Below, one piece after another: positions 1 to 9,371 of a DNA stretch of 64,000 nucleotides. Within the stretch, counting starts at the first letter, position 1, and every line of letters begins with the position of its first letter. The stretch is from an uncultured Gemmatimonadales bacterium. GTDB lineage: Bacteria > Gemmatimonadota > Gemmatimonadetes > Longimicrobiales > Longimicrobiaceae. Below the pieces are notes generated by a model, which was given only the letters and a program-made list of their open reading frames with translations, was not told where the DNA came from and ran no database searches. A program made the position numbers and the translations under genes. Where the stretch lies: positions 3,168,001-3,232,000 of the forward strand of contig OY970303.1 of NCBI GenBank assembly GCA_963716255.1, given 5' to 3'.

Positions 1-2
1 GC

Positions 3-1136
3 GCCTTCCGGCGGCTCAAGGAGCAGGACGCGGAGGCGGAGCAGCGCTTCTGGTGGCTGGCGGACCCGTTCTGGGGCTTTCCCGGCAACGACCTGCGCAC
101 CGAGCACCTGTCCCGCAACGTGGCGGACCGGCTCCAGGACCGCGCCTTCGTGACGGAGGGGATCTCCTGGGGCGACGACCTGCGCGAGATCCTGGTGCGC
201 TTCGGGGAGCCCATCGGGTGGGAGCGCGTCCGGCCGGACCACCCCCTGTTCACGCAGGGCCGCGCCTCGGTGGTCACCCACTACGCGCCGGACAGCAGGA
301 ACTTCGTTCCGCCCGTCCGCTTCCTCCAGGACCCCGCGGCGATCGGCGACGGCGACTGGTCGCTGGACGATCCCAGCATGCGCGCGGCGTACGCCCCCGC
401 CTACACCGGGGCCGTGGGCGTGCTGGAGCACCAGGTGGCACGCTTCCGCCGGGGCGACTCGGCGCTGGTGGTGGCGGCCTTCGCCCTGGACCCGGACAGC
501 GTTCCGCCCGGCTCGGTCACCGACGCGGCGCTGGTTCTCGCGGCCGACCACCGCACCGAGCCGCGGATCGCGCGGACGACGGTGGCGGAGATGCGCGGGG
601 TGGTGAGCCTCGCCGCGGAGCCCGGGGACCGCGTCATGAGCCTGGAAACGCAGACGCTCCAGGCCAAGCGGGCGGGGCGGGCGCGCTACGGGCTGCGGCT
701 CCCCGCCGCCGCCGCCGGGGTGGCGGTCTCGGACGTCCTCCTGCTGCAGAGCTCCGACCCTCTCCCCTCCACACTGGAGGACGCGATCCCGCAGGCGCGC
801 GGCTCCACCCGGGTGCGCGCGGGGGAGTCACTGGGGCTGTTCTGGGAGGTGTACGGCCTCCCGGAGCGACCGGACACCGTGGGGATCTCGGTGAGCGTGC
901 ACCGCGGCTCCAAGGGGCTGGGGCGGCGCCTGGCGGAGGGGCTGGGGCTGGTGGGCGAGGCCACCCCCATCCAGGTCCGGTGGGACGAGGAGACTCCCGG
1001 CGAGGCGACGCTCGCCCGCACCCTGGTGCTCGCCATCCGCGACCTGTCGCCCGGCGAGTACACGCTGGAGCTGACCGTCACCCCGCGCGAAGGGGAGCCG
1101 GCGACCACCCGGCGGGCGCTGCGCGTGGAGCGGTGA
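3..1136 (+). CDS. GWxTD-like domain protein, 5'-truncated by window edge
   Basis: Frame is open from nt 3 (AFRRLKEQDAEAEQRFWWLADPFWGFPGNDLRTEHLSR), resembling the FW..DP....NE...EH..R GWxTD signature; C-terminal beta-rich domain (LSPGEYTLELTVT). Confidence 0.55.
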   Translation, partial: AFRRLKEQDAEAEQRFWWLADPFWGFPGNDLRTEHLSRNVADRLQDRAFVTEGISWGDDLREILVRFGEPIGWERVRPDHPLFTQGRASVVTHYAPDSRNFVPPVRFLQDPAAIGDGDWSLDDPSMRAAYAPAYTGAVGVLEHQVARFRRGDSALVVAAFALDPDSVPPGSVTDAALVLAADHRTEPRIARTTVAEMRGVVSLAAEPGDRVMSLETQTLQAKRAGRARYGLRLPAAAAGVAVSDVLLLQSSDPLPSTLEDAIPQARGSTRVRAGESLGLFWEVYGLPERPDTVGISVSVHRGSKGLGRRLAEGLGLVGEATPIQVRWDEETPGEATLARTLVLAIRDLSPGEYTLELTVTPREGEPATTRRALRVER

Positions 1137-1157
1137 GCTTCGTCGACCCCGGAACCC

Positions 1158-1194
1158 TTGCGCCCTTTTTGTGAGCGCAACATAATTGTTGCGC
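1158..1194 (+). promoter_or_regulatory. sigma70-like promoter with overlapping palindromic operator of the TA operon
   Basis: TTGCGC(1158-1163)-N17-CATAAT(1181-1186); inverted repeat GCGCAACA-TAAT-TGTTGCGC (1175-1194) covers the -10; GAGGAGG RBS follows. Confidence 0.7.
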
Positions 1195-1213
1195 AACTTA
1201 AAGAGGAGGGCAT

Positions 1214-1711
1214 ATGGCGGACGGAAAAGAGAGGGAAGAGGAGCGGGAGCCAAAGGTCGAGCCCCGGCCCGACCGGGTGGCGGAAGCGCGGGCCGCGTAC
1301 GCGGCCCGCCGCCCCATCCGCCGTGGGGCGGCGGGGGGCGGCAGGCCCGCCCAGCGCCCGCCGAACGGGGAGGGCGACCGTGGGGCGCGGATCGCGGCGC
1401 GGTGCGACTTCGCGGGGCGCGCCTTCGGCTCCGACGCGGAGCTGGCGCGCCTGGTGGGCGTGGACCGCAGCCGCATCACCCGCTGGCGGCAGGGCGACCT
1501 CCCCGACCCCGCGAACGCCGACCGGGTGGTGGGGATCGACGCCGTGGTGGAGCTGCTTTCCGGCTTCCTGGACGAGCGCAGCATCCCCAAGTGGCTGTAC
1601 GGCGTCAACGCCCACCTCGCCGACCGCCGCCCGGTGGACGTGCTCGTCTCCGGCCGCCTTTCCGAGGTGATCGCGGCGATCGAGGCGGAAAAGAGCGGCG
1701 CCTTCGGCTGA
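1214..1711 (+). CDS. Xre/MbcA/ParS-type antitoxin (HTH plus C-terminal toxin-binding domain)
   Basis: HTH-like SDAELARLVGVDRSRITRW; C-terminal W(L)...N.HL..RRPVDVL motif typical of MbcA/ParS; stop overlaps toxin start (TGATG). Confidence 0.8.
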   Translation: MADGKEREEEREPKVEPRPDRVAEARAAYAARRPIRRGAAGGGRPAQRPPNGEGDRGARIAARCDFAGRAFGSDAELARLVGVDRSRITRWRQGDLPDPANADRVVGIDAVVELLSGFLDERSIPKWLYGVNAHLADRRPVDVLVSGRLSEVIAAIEAEKSGAFG

Positions 1712-2283
1712 TGCCGGCTCCGGCGTCCACCTTCTGGCGCGTCTTTCCCTGGGACCCCGCCGCGTCGCCGGGGGAGCCCTTTTCGGCGTCCTTCGTCCCC
1801 GGAGGGCAGGGGAGCGGGCGCTTCGACGTCCTCCCCGGTCGCGTCCTTTACCTGGCCGAGTCCCCCGAGCACGCGGTCGCCGAGAAGATCCAGCGCTTTC
1901 GCGCGCACGAGCTGGAGCCGTGGGACCTCACGGAGTTCGGGCGGGCGCTGGCGCTGGTCCCGGTGGAGCTCGCCCCCGCCCCCGCCGCGCGGGTGGCGGA
2001 CCTGTGCAACCCAGCCGTGCTGCTGGAGCACGGCGTCCGCCCCGACCAGGTGGCGGCCCGCTCCCGCGACACCACCCGCGCCATCGCGGCGGGCCTCCAC
2101 GCGCGGGGCCTCGCCGGCCTGCGCTGGTGGTCGGCGATGTGGGGCGAGTGGCACGCGGTGACGCTGTTCCTGGACCGGCTCGCGGAGGGCGACCTGCGCT
2201 GGGGGACGCCGGACCCGCTCTCGCTGGACCACCCCGCGGTGCGCGAAGCCGCGGACGCCCTGATGATCCGGAGGAAGGGATGA
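1711..2283 (+). CDS. RES-domain toxin (MbcT/ParT-like NAD+-consuming)
   Basis: R-E-S residues in GRF...LYLAES...AVAE...GLRWWS; ATG at 1711 is translationally coupled to the antitoxin. Confidence 0.8.
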   Translation: MPAPASTFWRVFPWDPAASPGEPFSASFVPGGQGSGRFDVLPGRVLYLAESPEHAVAEKIQRFRAHELEPWDLTEFGRALALVPVELAPAPAARVADLCNPAVLLEHGVRPDQVAARSRDTTRAIAAGLHARGLAGLRWWSAMWGEWHAVTLFLDRLAEGDLRWGTPDPLSLDHPAVREAADALMIRRKG

Positions 2284-2481
2284 CGGGCAGGCGGGAGTGA
2301 GACGCCGCTGGAGCCACGATCCTCCCCGCACGAGACCGTACCCCGGCCGTACGTCCCGATGTAACTTGCCCCCACGCACCGGCGGGCCGATCCGCCGGCC
2401 CCCTCTCCCCGGCGTCCCTTCAGCCACCCCGGCTGTCCCGGCCGCCGGGCATCCCCCCGGAACCCGTCACCGCAGACCGCC

Positions 2482-2628
2482 ATGTCCAGCACCAAAGATC
2501 TGTTAGACAGCATCGGCACAGGCCTGGCCTACGTGGTGGCGTTCCTGGCCGTGCTCCTCGTCCTGGGCATCGTCGCCGTGCTGCTCGCCGGCTGGGGGCT
2601 CTGGTGGCTGTGGAGCTACTTCACCTGA
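2482..2628 (+). CDS. 48-aa single-pass membrane microprotein (not in ORF track)
   Basis: MSSTKDLLDSIGTGLAYVVAFLAVLLVLGIVAVLLAGWGLWWLWSYFT*; GC3-rich codons; paralog immediately downstream. Confidence 0.65.
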   Translation: MSSTKDLLDSIGTGLAYVVAFLAVLLVLGIVAVLLAGWGLWWLWSYFT

Positions 2629-2674
2629 CCGCGGCGCCGCCGCGCCCACCGGAACCCCGACCCGGGAGGCCGCC

Positions 2675-2809
2675 ATGCTGGACAGGGAGTTCTTCAACAG
2701 CTTCAGCGACGGGTGCACCTCGTACGCGTGCGGGTGCGTCGTGTACCTGGTCCTGTTCGTCGGCGGGGCCGCGTGGGGGGTGTGGTGGCTGTGGAACTAC
2801 TTCACCTGA
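2675..2809 (+). CDS. 44-aa Cys-containing single-pass membrane microprotein (not in ORF track)
   Basis: GGAGG RBS at 2665; MLDREFFNSFSDGCTSYACGCVVYLVLFVGGAAWGVWWLWNYFT*. Confidence 0.7.
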   Translation: MLDREFFNSFSDGCTSYACGCVVYLVLFVGGAAWGVWWLWNYFT

Positions 2810-2902
2810 GCGCGGCGGGGGCCGGGTATGCCCCGGCTCTGGACCGTCCCCGCCCGCCGCGAGATATTTGAGGGCTTCGTCCCGGCCCTCGACTGCCGGA
2901 CC

Positions 2903-4384
2903 GTGAACCGTCTCCGTCCGGCGCCCGTCCCCGTGGAAACTCTCCCCGCCGCAGCACCCCCGCCCGCCGACTCCCCGGAGCCCGCGACAGCCCCCGCCGA
3001 CACCGGCTTCTGGAGCGCCGTGCGCGAAGCGCTGCGGGGCTCGCGCCGCGACTACACGCAGGGGCCCATCGGCCGCAGCATCCTGGTGCTCTCCGTCCCC
3101 ATGATCCTGGAGATGCTCATGGAGAGCGTCTTCGCCGTGGCGGACGTGTTCTTCGTCGCCAAGCTCGGCGCGGATGCCGTGGCGACGGTGGGGCTCACCG
3201 AGAGCATGCTGGCGCTGGTGTACGCGCTCGCCATGGGGCTGGGGATCGGGGCCACGGCCACGGTGGCGCGCCGCATCGGCGAGGGCGACCCGGACGGCGC
3301 CGCCCGGGCCGCCGTGCAGGCCATCGTCCTGGGCGTGGCGCTTTCCGCCGTGATCGGCGTCTTCGGCGTGATCATGGCGCCACGGCTGCTGGGGTGGATG
3401 GGCGGCTCGCCCGAGCTGATCGCCCGCGGCGCCGACTTCACCCGCGTGATGCTGGGCGGAAACGCGGCCATCCTGCTGCTCTTCCTGGTCAACGCCATCT
3501 TCCGGGGCGCCGGCGACGCCGCCATCGCCATGCGCGTGCTGTGGCTGGCGAACGCGATCAACATCGTGCTCGCGCCCTGCCTGATCTTTGGCCCGGGCCC
3601 CTTCCCCGAGCTGGGGGTGACCGGCGCGGCCGTGGCCACCACCATCGGGCGGGGGACGGGGGCCGCGTTCGCCCTGTGGCACCTGGTGCGCCCCGGCGGC
3701 CGGGTGACCGTGGGACGCAGGCACCTCGTGGTGCAGCCGGAGCTGCTCGCGCGCATCGTGCGCCTGTCGGCTTCGGGGGCGTTCCAGGTGCTGGTGGGAA
3801 CGGCGAGCTGGGTGGGGCTGGTGCGGATCATCTCCACCTTCGGGAGCTCCGCGCTGGCCGGGTACACCATCGGCATCCGCATCGTGCTGTTCGCGCTGCT
3901 GCCGTCGTTCGGGATGAGCAGCGCCGCGGCGACCATGGTGGGGCAGGCGCTGGGGGCCGGCAAGCCGGAGCGCGCCGAAAAGGCGGTGTGGCGGGCGGGC
4001 TTCTACAACCTGTGCTTCCTGGGGTCGGTGGGGCTGGTGTTCGTGCTCTTCGCCGGGCCGCTGGTGCGCCTCTTCACCCAGGACCCGGCCATCATCCCCT
4101 ACGCCGCCGACTGCCTGCGCATCGTGGCGTGCGGGTTCCTGTTCTACGCGTACGGCATGGTGATCACGCAGTCGTTCAACGGCGCGGGGGACACGTGGAC
4201 GCCCACGGTGCTCAACCTGTTCGTGTTCTGGCTGTGGGAGATCCCGCTGGCGTACGTGCTTGCCGTTCCGCTGGGGATGGGGCCGCGGGGTGTGTTCGTG
4301 GCCATCACGCTGGCGTTTTCCACGCTGGCGGTGGCGAGTGCGCTGATGTTCAGGCGGGGACGGTGGAAGACGCGCACGGTGTGA
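2903..4384 (+). CDS. MATE family efflux transporter
   Basis: DYTQGPIGRSILVLSVPMILEM...ADVFFVAKLG, two internal repeats, about 12 TM segments; start codon uncertain. Confidence 0.9.
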   Translation: MNRLRPAPVPVETLPAAAPPPADSPEPATAPADTGFWSAVREALRGSRRDYTQGPIGRSILVLSVPMILEMLMESVFAVADVFFVAKLGADAVATVGLTESMLALVYALAMGLGIGATATVARRIGEGDPDGAARAAVQAIVLGVALSAVIGVFGVIMAPRLLGWMGGSPELIARGADFTRVMLGGNAAILLLFLVNAIFRGAGDAAIAMRVLWLANAINIVLAPCLIFGPGPFPELGVTGAAVATTIGRGTGAAFALWHLVRPGGRVTVGRRHLVVQPELLARIVRLSASGAFQVLVGTASWVGLVRIISTFGSSALAGYTIGIRIVLFALLPSFGMSSAAATMVGQALGAGKPERAEKAVWRAGFYNLCFLGSVGLVFVLFAGPLVRLFTQDPAIIPYAADCLRIVACGFLFYAYGMVITQSFNGAGDTWTPTVLNLFVFWLWEIPLAYVLAVPLGMGPRGVFVAITLAFSTLAVASALMFRRGRWKTRTV

Positions 4385-4420
4385 TCTCGCGGACGGCTCA
4401 ACGGCTTGAGGGGAAGGTTC

Positions 4421-4547
4421 GGGCGTGCCCCCGCTGACGCGGGGTCGGGCTTCGGCTCCGTAGCAGACGAAACAACCGTCTGCAACGGAGTCGAGCCCCG
4501 CGAAACTGCCCGCGGGTCTCGCCCCTTCGGGCCGGAATCCCTCACGC
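4421..4547 (+). repeat. Structured dispersed element, copy 1
   Basis: GGGCGTG...ATCCCTCACGC; central stem GCAGACG/CGTCTGC. Strand for all copies is defined as the GGGCGTG-first direction. Confidence 0.95.
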
Positions 4548-4695
4548 GGGGTGGGCGTTGGCGTCCGCGGGGACCCCCCAAAGGGTGTGGGGTCGTCCTG
4601 TCCAGGGCCTTTGCAGCCGTAAACTCTTGATCCAACTTATCGGCAGTACCGAGGTACTGACCACGAATCCCTCGCAACGAAATCCGAGAGATCAA

Positions 4696-5583
4696 GTGGA
4701 GTCCACTCAGCCCAAGCCCTTCGTGTTCGTCCTGATGCCCTTCGCCGCCTCCTTCGACGACGCCTACCGTTTCGGGATCAAGGCCGCATGCGCCGACGCC
4801 GGAGCGTACTGCGAGCGTGTCGACGAGCAGATCTTCCAGGAGAGCATTCTCGACCGCATCTACAACCAGATCTCCAAGGCCGATGTCTTGGTGGCGGACA
4901 TGACCGGGCGCAACGCTAACGTCTTCTACGAGACCGGGTACGCGCACGCGCTCGGAAAGCAAGTGATCCTGCTCACACAGAACGCGGACGACATTCCCTT
5001 TGATCTCAAACATTATCCACACATAATCTATGGCGGGAGTATCGGGAGCCTGAAAGACGATTTGGAGCGGCGGATCCGGTGGGCTCTCACCCAATTGGAT
5101 CAGGGAGTGCCGGAGTCGATCAGGATCGAGTTCTACTCGGATGGGAAACGTATCGTCCAGGGAGCCACAGTTCCGGTTAAGGGCTTTACTGGGAAATCCC
5201 GAGGCGGTTTCCTCGACCTCCATCTTCACAACAACTCACGTACGTTCATCCAATCTTCCAGTGTTCAGCTGAGCCTGATCACGGGCGATTTCTCCACGGC
5301 GATAGATTGGGGGCGGCACATCATCCGACTTCCGGATGGTCGTTATTTCCATCTTCTGTCCGAGCCAACATCGATCTACCCTGATGGATGGTTCAGTGTG
5401 TGGGTCCCACTCGGCCTGGCGGAGGACGCCGCAGTGGAACGATTGATTGATCAGGGAGGAGAGGCAATCCTCCGGGTATCTACCACTACGAGCGTTCAGG
5501 ATCTCCCGATCATGCTGCGTCTGGTTCGAGAGGAGGAGGCTGCAGCCGAAAATCCCCCGGCTAGCCCCATGCCCGGAGCTTGA
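4696..5583 (+). CDS. Nucleoside 2-deoxyribosyltransferase/TIR-like domain protein with unknown C-terminal domain
   Basis: FVFVLMPF...IYNQISKADVLVADMTGRNANVFYETGYAHALGKQVILL...IPFDL; GC visibly lower than flanks; GTG start inferred. Confidence 0.75.
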   Translation: MESTQPKPFVFVLMPFAASFDDAYRFGIKAACADAGAYCERVDEQIFQESILDRIYNQISKADVLVADMTGRNANVFYETGYAHALGKQVILLTQNADDIPFDLKHYPHIIYGGSIGSLKDDLERRIRWALTQLDQGVPESIRIEFYSDGKRIVQGATVPVKGFTGKSRGGFLDLHLHNNSRTFIQSSSVQLSLITGDFSTAIDWGRHIIRLPDGRYFHLLSEPTSIYPDGWFSVWVPLGLAEDAAVERLIDQGGEAILRVSTTTSVQDLPIMLRLVREEEAAAENPPASPMPGA

Positions 5584-5681
5584 CGGAGCACGCCGCCGTT
5601 CAATGCCGGGGCTCCGCCCTATCCGCCCCACCGTCGCGCGCCGCCGCTCTCCCCCTCTACCCACCGCCCGGAGGTGTAACC

Positions 5682-6533
5682 GTGCAGCTGGTCCGCCATC
5701 CGGATGCCGAGTCGTTCCTGCGCGACGCGCAGGGCGACCTGGAGCGCGCCGAGGCCGAGAACAACATGGTGCTCGGCGCGGCGCTGCGGCTGCTCGACAG
5801 GCCGCAGGCGCCGGAGCGGCCGCGCTACTTCGCCACGGTGCGCGCGGGCGGCGGGCTGCGCGTGGCGGCCATGCACACGCCGCCGTTCCCGCTGGCGCTG
5901 GCGGGGGAGGGCGTGGGTGCGGGCGAGGCGCTGGAGCGCGTGGCGGAGGACCTGCGGGCGGCGGGGGTGCACCCGGGGGGCGTGTTCGGGCCGGCGGCGC
6001 TGGCGGACGGCTTCGCGGCGGGGTGGACGCGCGCCACCGGCGAGGCGGCGCGCGCCGCCATGCGGGAGCGGCTGTTCGCGCTCACGGAGGTGCTGCCCGT
6101 GCGCCCGGCGCCCGGCGCGCTCCGCCGTGCCGTGGCGGCGGACGAGGACACCGTGGCGCGCTGGATGATGGCGTTCGGCGCGGAGGCGCTGGGCGAGGCG
6201 GACGCGGAGCGGGCGCGGGCGGGGGCGCGGCGCCGGATCGCGGCGCGGGAGCTGTGGATCTGGGAGGTGGAGGGCGAGGCGCGGTCCATGGCGGCCAGCG
6301 ACCGCCCCACGCGGCACGGCGTGGCCGTCAACGCGGTGTACACCCCGCCCCAGTGGCGCGGGCGGGGCTACGCCACCGTGGCCGTGGCGCGCCTCAGCGC
6401 GGGGCTGCTGGCGGAGGGGCGGCGCTTCTGCGTGCTCTTCACCGACCTGGCCAACCCCACGTCCAACGCCATCTACCCGCGCATCGGCTACCGGCCGCGC
6501 GCGGACTTCACGCTGTACCGCCTGGGCGGGTAG
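5682..6533 (+). CDS. GNAT family acetyltransferase
   Basis: VYTPPQWRGRGYA acetyl-CoA motif, LFTDLANPTSNAIY..IGY; GGAGG upstream of GTG. Confidence 0.85.
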   Translation: MQLVRHPDAESFLRDAQGDLERAEAENNMVLGAALRLLDRPQAPERPRYFATVRAGGGLRVAAMHTPPFPLALAGEGVGAGEALERVAEDLRAAGVHPGGVFGPAALADGFAAGWTRATGEAARAAMRERLFALTEVLPVRPAPGALRRAVAADEDTVARWMMAFGAEALGEADAERARAGARRRIAARELWIWEVEGEARSMAASDRPTRHGVAVNAVYTPPQWRGRGYATVAVARLSAGLLAEGRRFCVLFTDLANPTSNAIYPRIGYRPRADFTLYRLGG

Positions 6534-6539
6534 CGCGCC

Positions 6540-7121
6540 TCAGGCGGCGGGGGCGCCGGCCTTGCCGCCCACGTGCGCCCAGAGCGCGCGCTCCAGCAGC
6601 ACCGGCGTCCACTCCCCGCCCAGCTCCCGCGCGGCGGCCCGCAGCGCGTCCGCATAGCGGGCGTAGTAGCCCAGCGTCCACGCGACCGGCCCCAGCCCCG
6701 GGAGCTGCGCCGCCACCAGCTCGTCGAAGAACGGGTACGTGTCGGGCGCAAAGGCCGCCACGGCCGCCGACGCCGTCGCCGGGCCCACCCCCTTCAGCTT
6801 CGCCAGCTCGGAAATGGGCGCGGTGGGGTGCGGCACCCTGGCCAGCGCAGCCGTGCTCGCCTCCTCCACCGCCTCCGGCGCGTTGCCGCGCACCAGCACC
6901 AGGTTGGGTGCCCGCCACACCCCGCGCGCCATCTTCCACTCCGTCAGCCGCACCATCTCCGCGTGCGTGAGGTGCGCCGGCGCGCGCGCGGCGATCAGCC
7001 CCGGCAGCTCCTCGCGGTACCAGCGGTCCAGCTCGGGGAGCCGGGCGACGCCCTGCCGCTCGACCGTCGCGGGATAGTCGTCGAGCGCGCGGCGCAGTAT
7101 CCGTGAGTCCGGCAGCGGCAT
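6540..7121 (-). CDS. Hypothetical protein with helix-hairpin-helix motif (glycosylase-like fold)
   Basis: [24 protein letters not shown] (HhH), PFFDE. Confidence 0.6.
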   Translation of the reverse strand: MPLPDSRILRRALDDYPATVERQGVARLPELDRWYREELPGLIAARAPAHLTHAEMVRLTEWKMARGVWRAPNLVLVRGNAPEAVEEASTAALARVPHPTAPISELAKLKGVGPATASAAVAAFAPDTYPFFDELVAAQLPGLGPVAWTLGYYARYADALRAAARELGGEWTPVLLERALWAHVGGKAGAPAA

Positions 7122-7240
7122 GGTGGCGTCGGGGAAGAGGGGAGAACGGCCCATCGCACGGGGCGGTGCCCGCGGGCGTCGCCCCCGCCGGCCAAGATAG
7201 CCGGGCGGCGGATTCTCCGCACACCACCCCTGCCCGGCGG

Positions 7241-7390
7241 CCCTCACCCGGCTCGCTTGAGGCTCGCCACCCGGGTCCTTCATCCGGTTCACGCGAAGCG
7301 TGAAGCGCCATCCTGGAAGAGGGGCAACGGCTGGTTCGGTGCCGTGCTCCCCCTCTCCCGCTTGCGGGGGAGGGGGCCGGGGGGAGGGGG
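7241..7390. repeat. Second, REP-like palindromic repeat family flanking element copy 2
   Basis: CCCTCACCCGGCTCGCTTGAGGCTCGCCACCC (7241-7272; also 12542-12565 and reverse at 24374-24403) and CTCCCCCTCTCCCGCTTGCGGGGGAGGGGGCCGGGGGGAGGGG (7347-7390). Confidence 0.75.
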
Positions 7391-7416
7391 CTGCAGCGGA
7401 CGCCAGCGCGAGCCCC

Positions 7417-7545
7417 GCGTGAGGGATTCCGGCCCGCAGGGGCGAGACCCGCGGGCAGTTTCGCGGGGCTCGACTCCGTTAGCCCGCGTTGTTTGCGGGC
7501 TTACGAAGCCGAAGCCCGACCCCGGCGCCAGCCGGGGGCACGCCC
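7417..7545 (-). repeat. Structured dispersed element, copy 2
   Basis: Central stem AGCCCGC/GCGGGCT. Confidence 0.95.
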
Positions 7546-7700
7546 AAATCCGCAGTTCAAATCCGTTGCATCCAAAGCCGACAACCCCACGAGAAGCCCC
7601 GTCCACGAACCCGGTCATGGATGAGCCGGATTCACGGAACCATCATTGCGTTGGGGTACCGCGTGGGTCGCCGCGAGATCACTCATCCACGGAGGACGGC

Positions 7701-9302
7701 ATGACGGCAGTGACGGAGACCGCCCTGGAAGGGGTGCGGGTCCTGGGCGAGGAGAACGAGGCCACGGCGCGCGTGCTGACGCCGGAAGCGCTGGCGTTCG
7801 TGGCGGGGCTGCACCGCCGCTTCAATCCCGCGCGCCAGGCGCTGCTGGCCGACCGGGAGCGCCGCCAGGCGGAGTTCGACGCCGGCGCCGTCCCCGCCTT
7901 CCTGGACGAGACGGCCGCCGTGCGCGAGGGGGAGTGGACGGTCGCGCCGGCCCCCGCCGACCTGGACGACCGCCGGGTGGAGATCACCGGGCCCACCGAC
8001 CGCAAGATGGTGATCAACGCGCTGAACTCCGGCGCCAGCTGCTTCATGGCGGACTTCGAGGACGCCCTGTCGCCCACCTGGCCCAACGTGATCGAGGGAC
8101 AGGCGAGCCTGGCCGACGCCATCCGCAGGCGGGTGGACTTCACCTCGGCCGAGGGCAAGTCGTACCGCCTGGCCGAGAAGACGGCGACACTGATCGTGCG
8201 GCCGCGCGGCTGGCACCTCCCCGAGCGCCACGTGACGGTGGACGGCGAGCCGGTCTCGGCGTCGCTCTTCGACTTCGGGCTGTTCTTCTTCCACAACGCG
8301 CGCGAGCTGCTGGAGCGGGGCTCCGGCCCGTACTTCTACCTTCCCAAGCTGGAGGGCCACCGCGAGGCGCGCCTGTGGAACGACGTGTTCCTGGCCGCGC
8401 AGGAGGCGCTGGGGATCCCGCGGGGGACCATCCGCGCCACGGTGCTCATCGAGACCATCCTGGCCGCCTTCGAGATGGACGAGATCCTGTACGAGCTGCG
8501 CGAGCACGCCGCCGGGCTCAACGCGGGGCGCTGGGACTACATCTTCAGCATGATCAAGAAGTTCCGGAACCGGGGCGACTTCGTCCTCCCGGACCGGGCG
8601 CAGGTCACCATGGCGGTGCCCTTCATGAAGTGCTACGCCGAGCTGCTGGTGAAGACCTGCCACCGGCGCGGCGCGCACGCCATGGGCGGCATGGCCGCGT
8701 TCATCCCCAACCGCCGCGACGCCGAGGTCACGGAGCGGGCCCTGGCCAAGGTGCGCGAGGACAAGAAGCGCGAGGCCGGACAGGGCTTCGACGGCACCTG
8801 GGTGGCGCACCCGGACCTGGTCTCCATCGCCCGCGAGGAGTTCGATCCCGTGCTGGGCGAGCGCCCCAACCAGAAGGACCGCCGGCGCCACGACGTCGTG
8901 CACGGCGACTGCGACCTTCTCGAGACGGGGATCCTGGGCGGCGAGGTGACGGAGGCCGGGGTGCGCAGCAACGTCAGCGTCGCCATCCAGTACGTGGAGG
9001 CGTGGCTGGGCGGCAACGGGGCGGTGGCCATCTACAACCTGATGGAGGATGCCGCCACCGCGGAGATCTCGCGGGCGCAGCTGTGGCAGTGGATCCGCCA
9101 CCGCACCCCGCTGTCGGACGGCCGGGCGATGAACCCGGACGTGTACTGCGCCATCCGCGACGAGGAGGTGGCGAAGCTCCGGGCGGAGCGCGGCGACGAC
9201 GCGCGCTTCCTGGACCGCGCGGTCGAGCTGCTGGACGGCCTGGTGCTGGGGGCGGAGTTCGTCCCGTTCCTGACGCTGCCGGCGTATTCCCACCTCGACT
9301 GA
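7701..9302 (+). CDS. aceB: Malate synthase A
   Basis: [59 protein letters not shown] before ATG 7701. Confidence 0.97.
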   Translation: MTAVTETALEGVRVLGEENEATARVLTPEALAFVAGLHRRFNPARQALLADRERRQAEFDAGAVPAFLDETAAVREGEWTVAPAPADLDDRRVEITGPTDRKMVINALNSGASCFMADFEDALSPTWPNVIEGQASLADAIRRRVDFTSAEGKSYRLAEKTATLIVRPRGWHLPERHVTVDGEPVSASLFDFGLFFFHNARELLERGSGPYFYLPKLEGHREARLWNDVFLAAQEALGIPRGTIRATVLIETILAAFEMDEILYELREHAAGLNAGRWDYIFSMIKKFRNRGDFVLPDRAQVTMAVPFMKCYAELLVKTCHRRGAHAMGGMAAFIPNRRDAEVTERALAKVREDKKREAGQGFDGTWVAHPDLVSIAREEFDPVLGERPNQKDRRRHDVVHGDCDLLETGILGGEVTEAGVRSNVSVAIQYVEAWLGGNGAVAIYNLMEDAATAEISRAQLWQWIRHRTPLSDGRAMNPDVYCAIRDEEVAKLRAERGDDARFLDRAVELLDGLVLGAEFVPFLTLPAYSHLD

Positions 9303-9371
9303 TGGCCTGGACATGGATTCCCCGAACTTTCGGCTGACTGAACCCTGACCCGCGCAGACGACGAGGACGAC

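Noticed and set aside
1186..1710. 365-aa ORF 1186-2283 as the full RES toxin
   Set aside because: The upstream part overlaps the antitoxin in another frame; the real start is the coupled ATG at 1711.
7257..7700. Repeat-encoded N-terminal extensions and peptides ([20 protein letters not shown]...) on aceB, ycaQ and many short ORFs
   Set aside because: The GC-rich element simply lacks stops in some frames; aceB has a clear RBS and ATG at 7701, and homology starts downstream.
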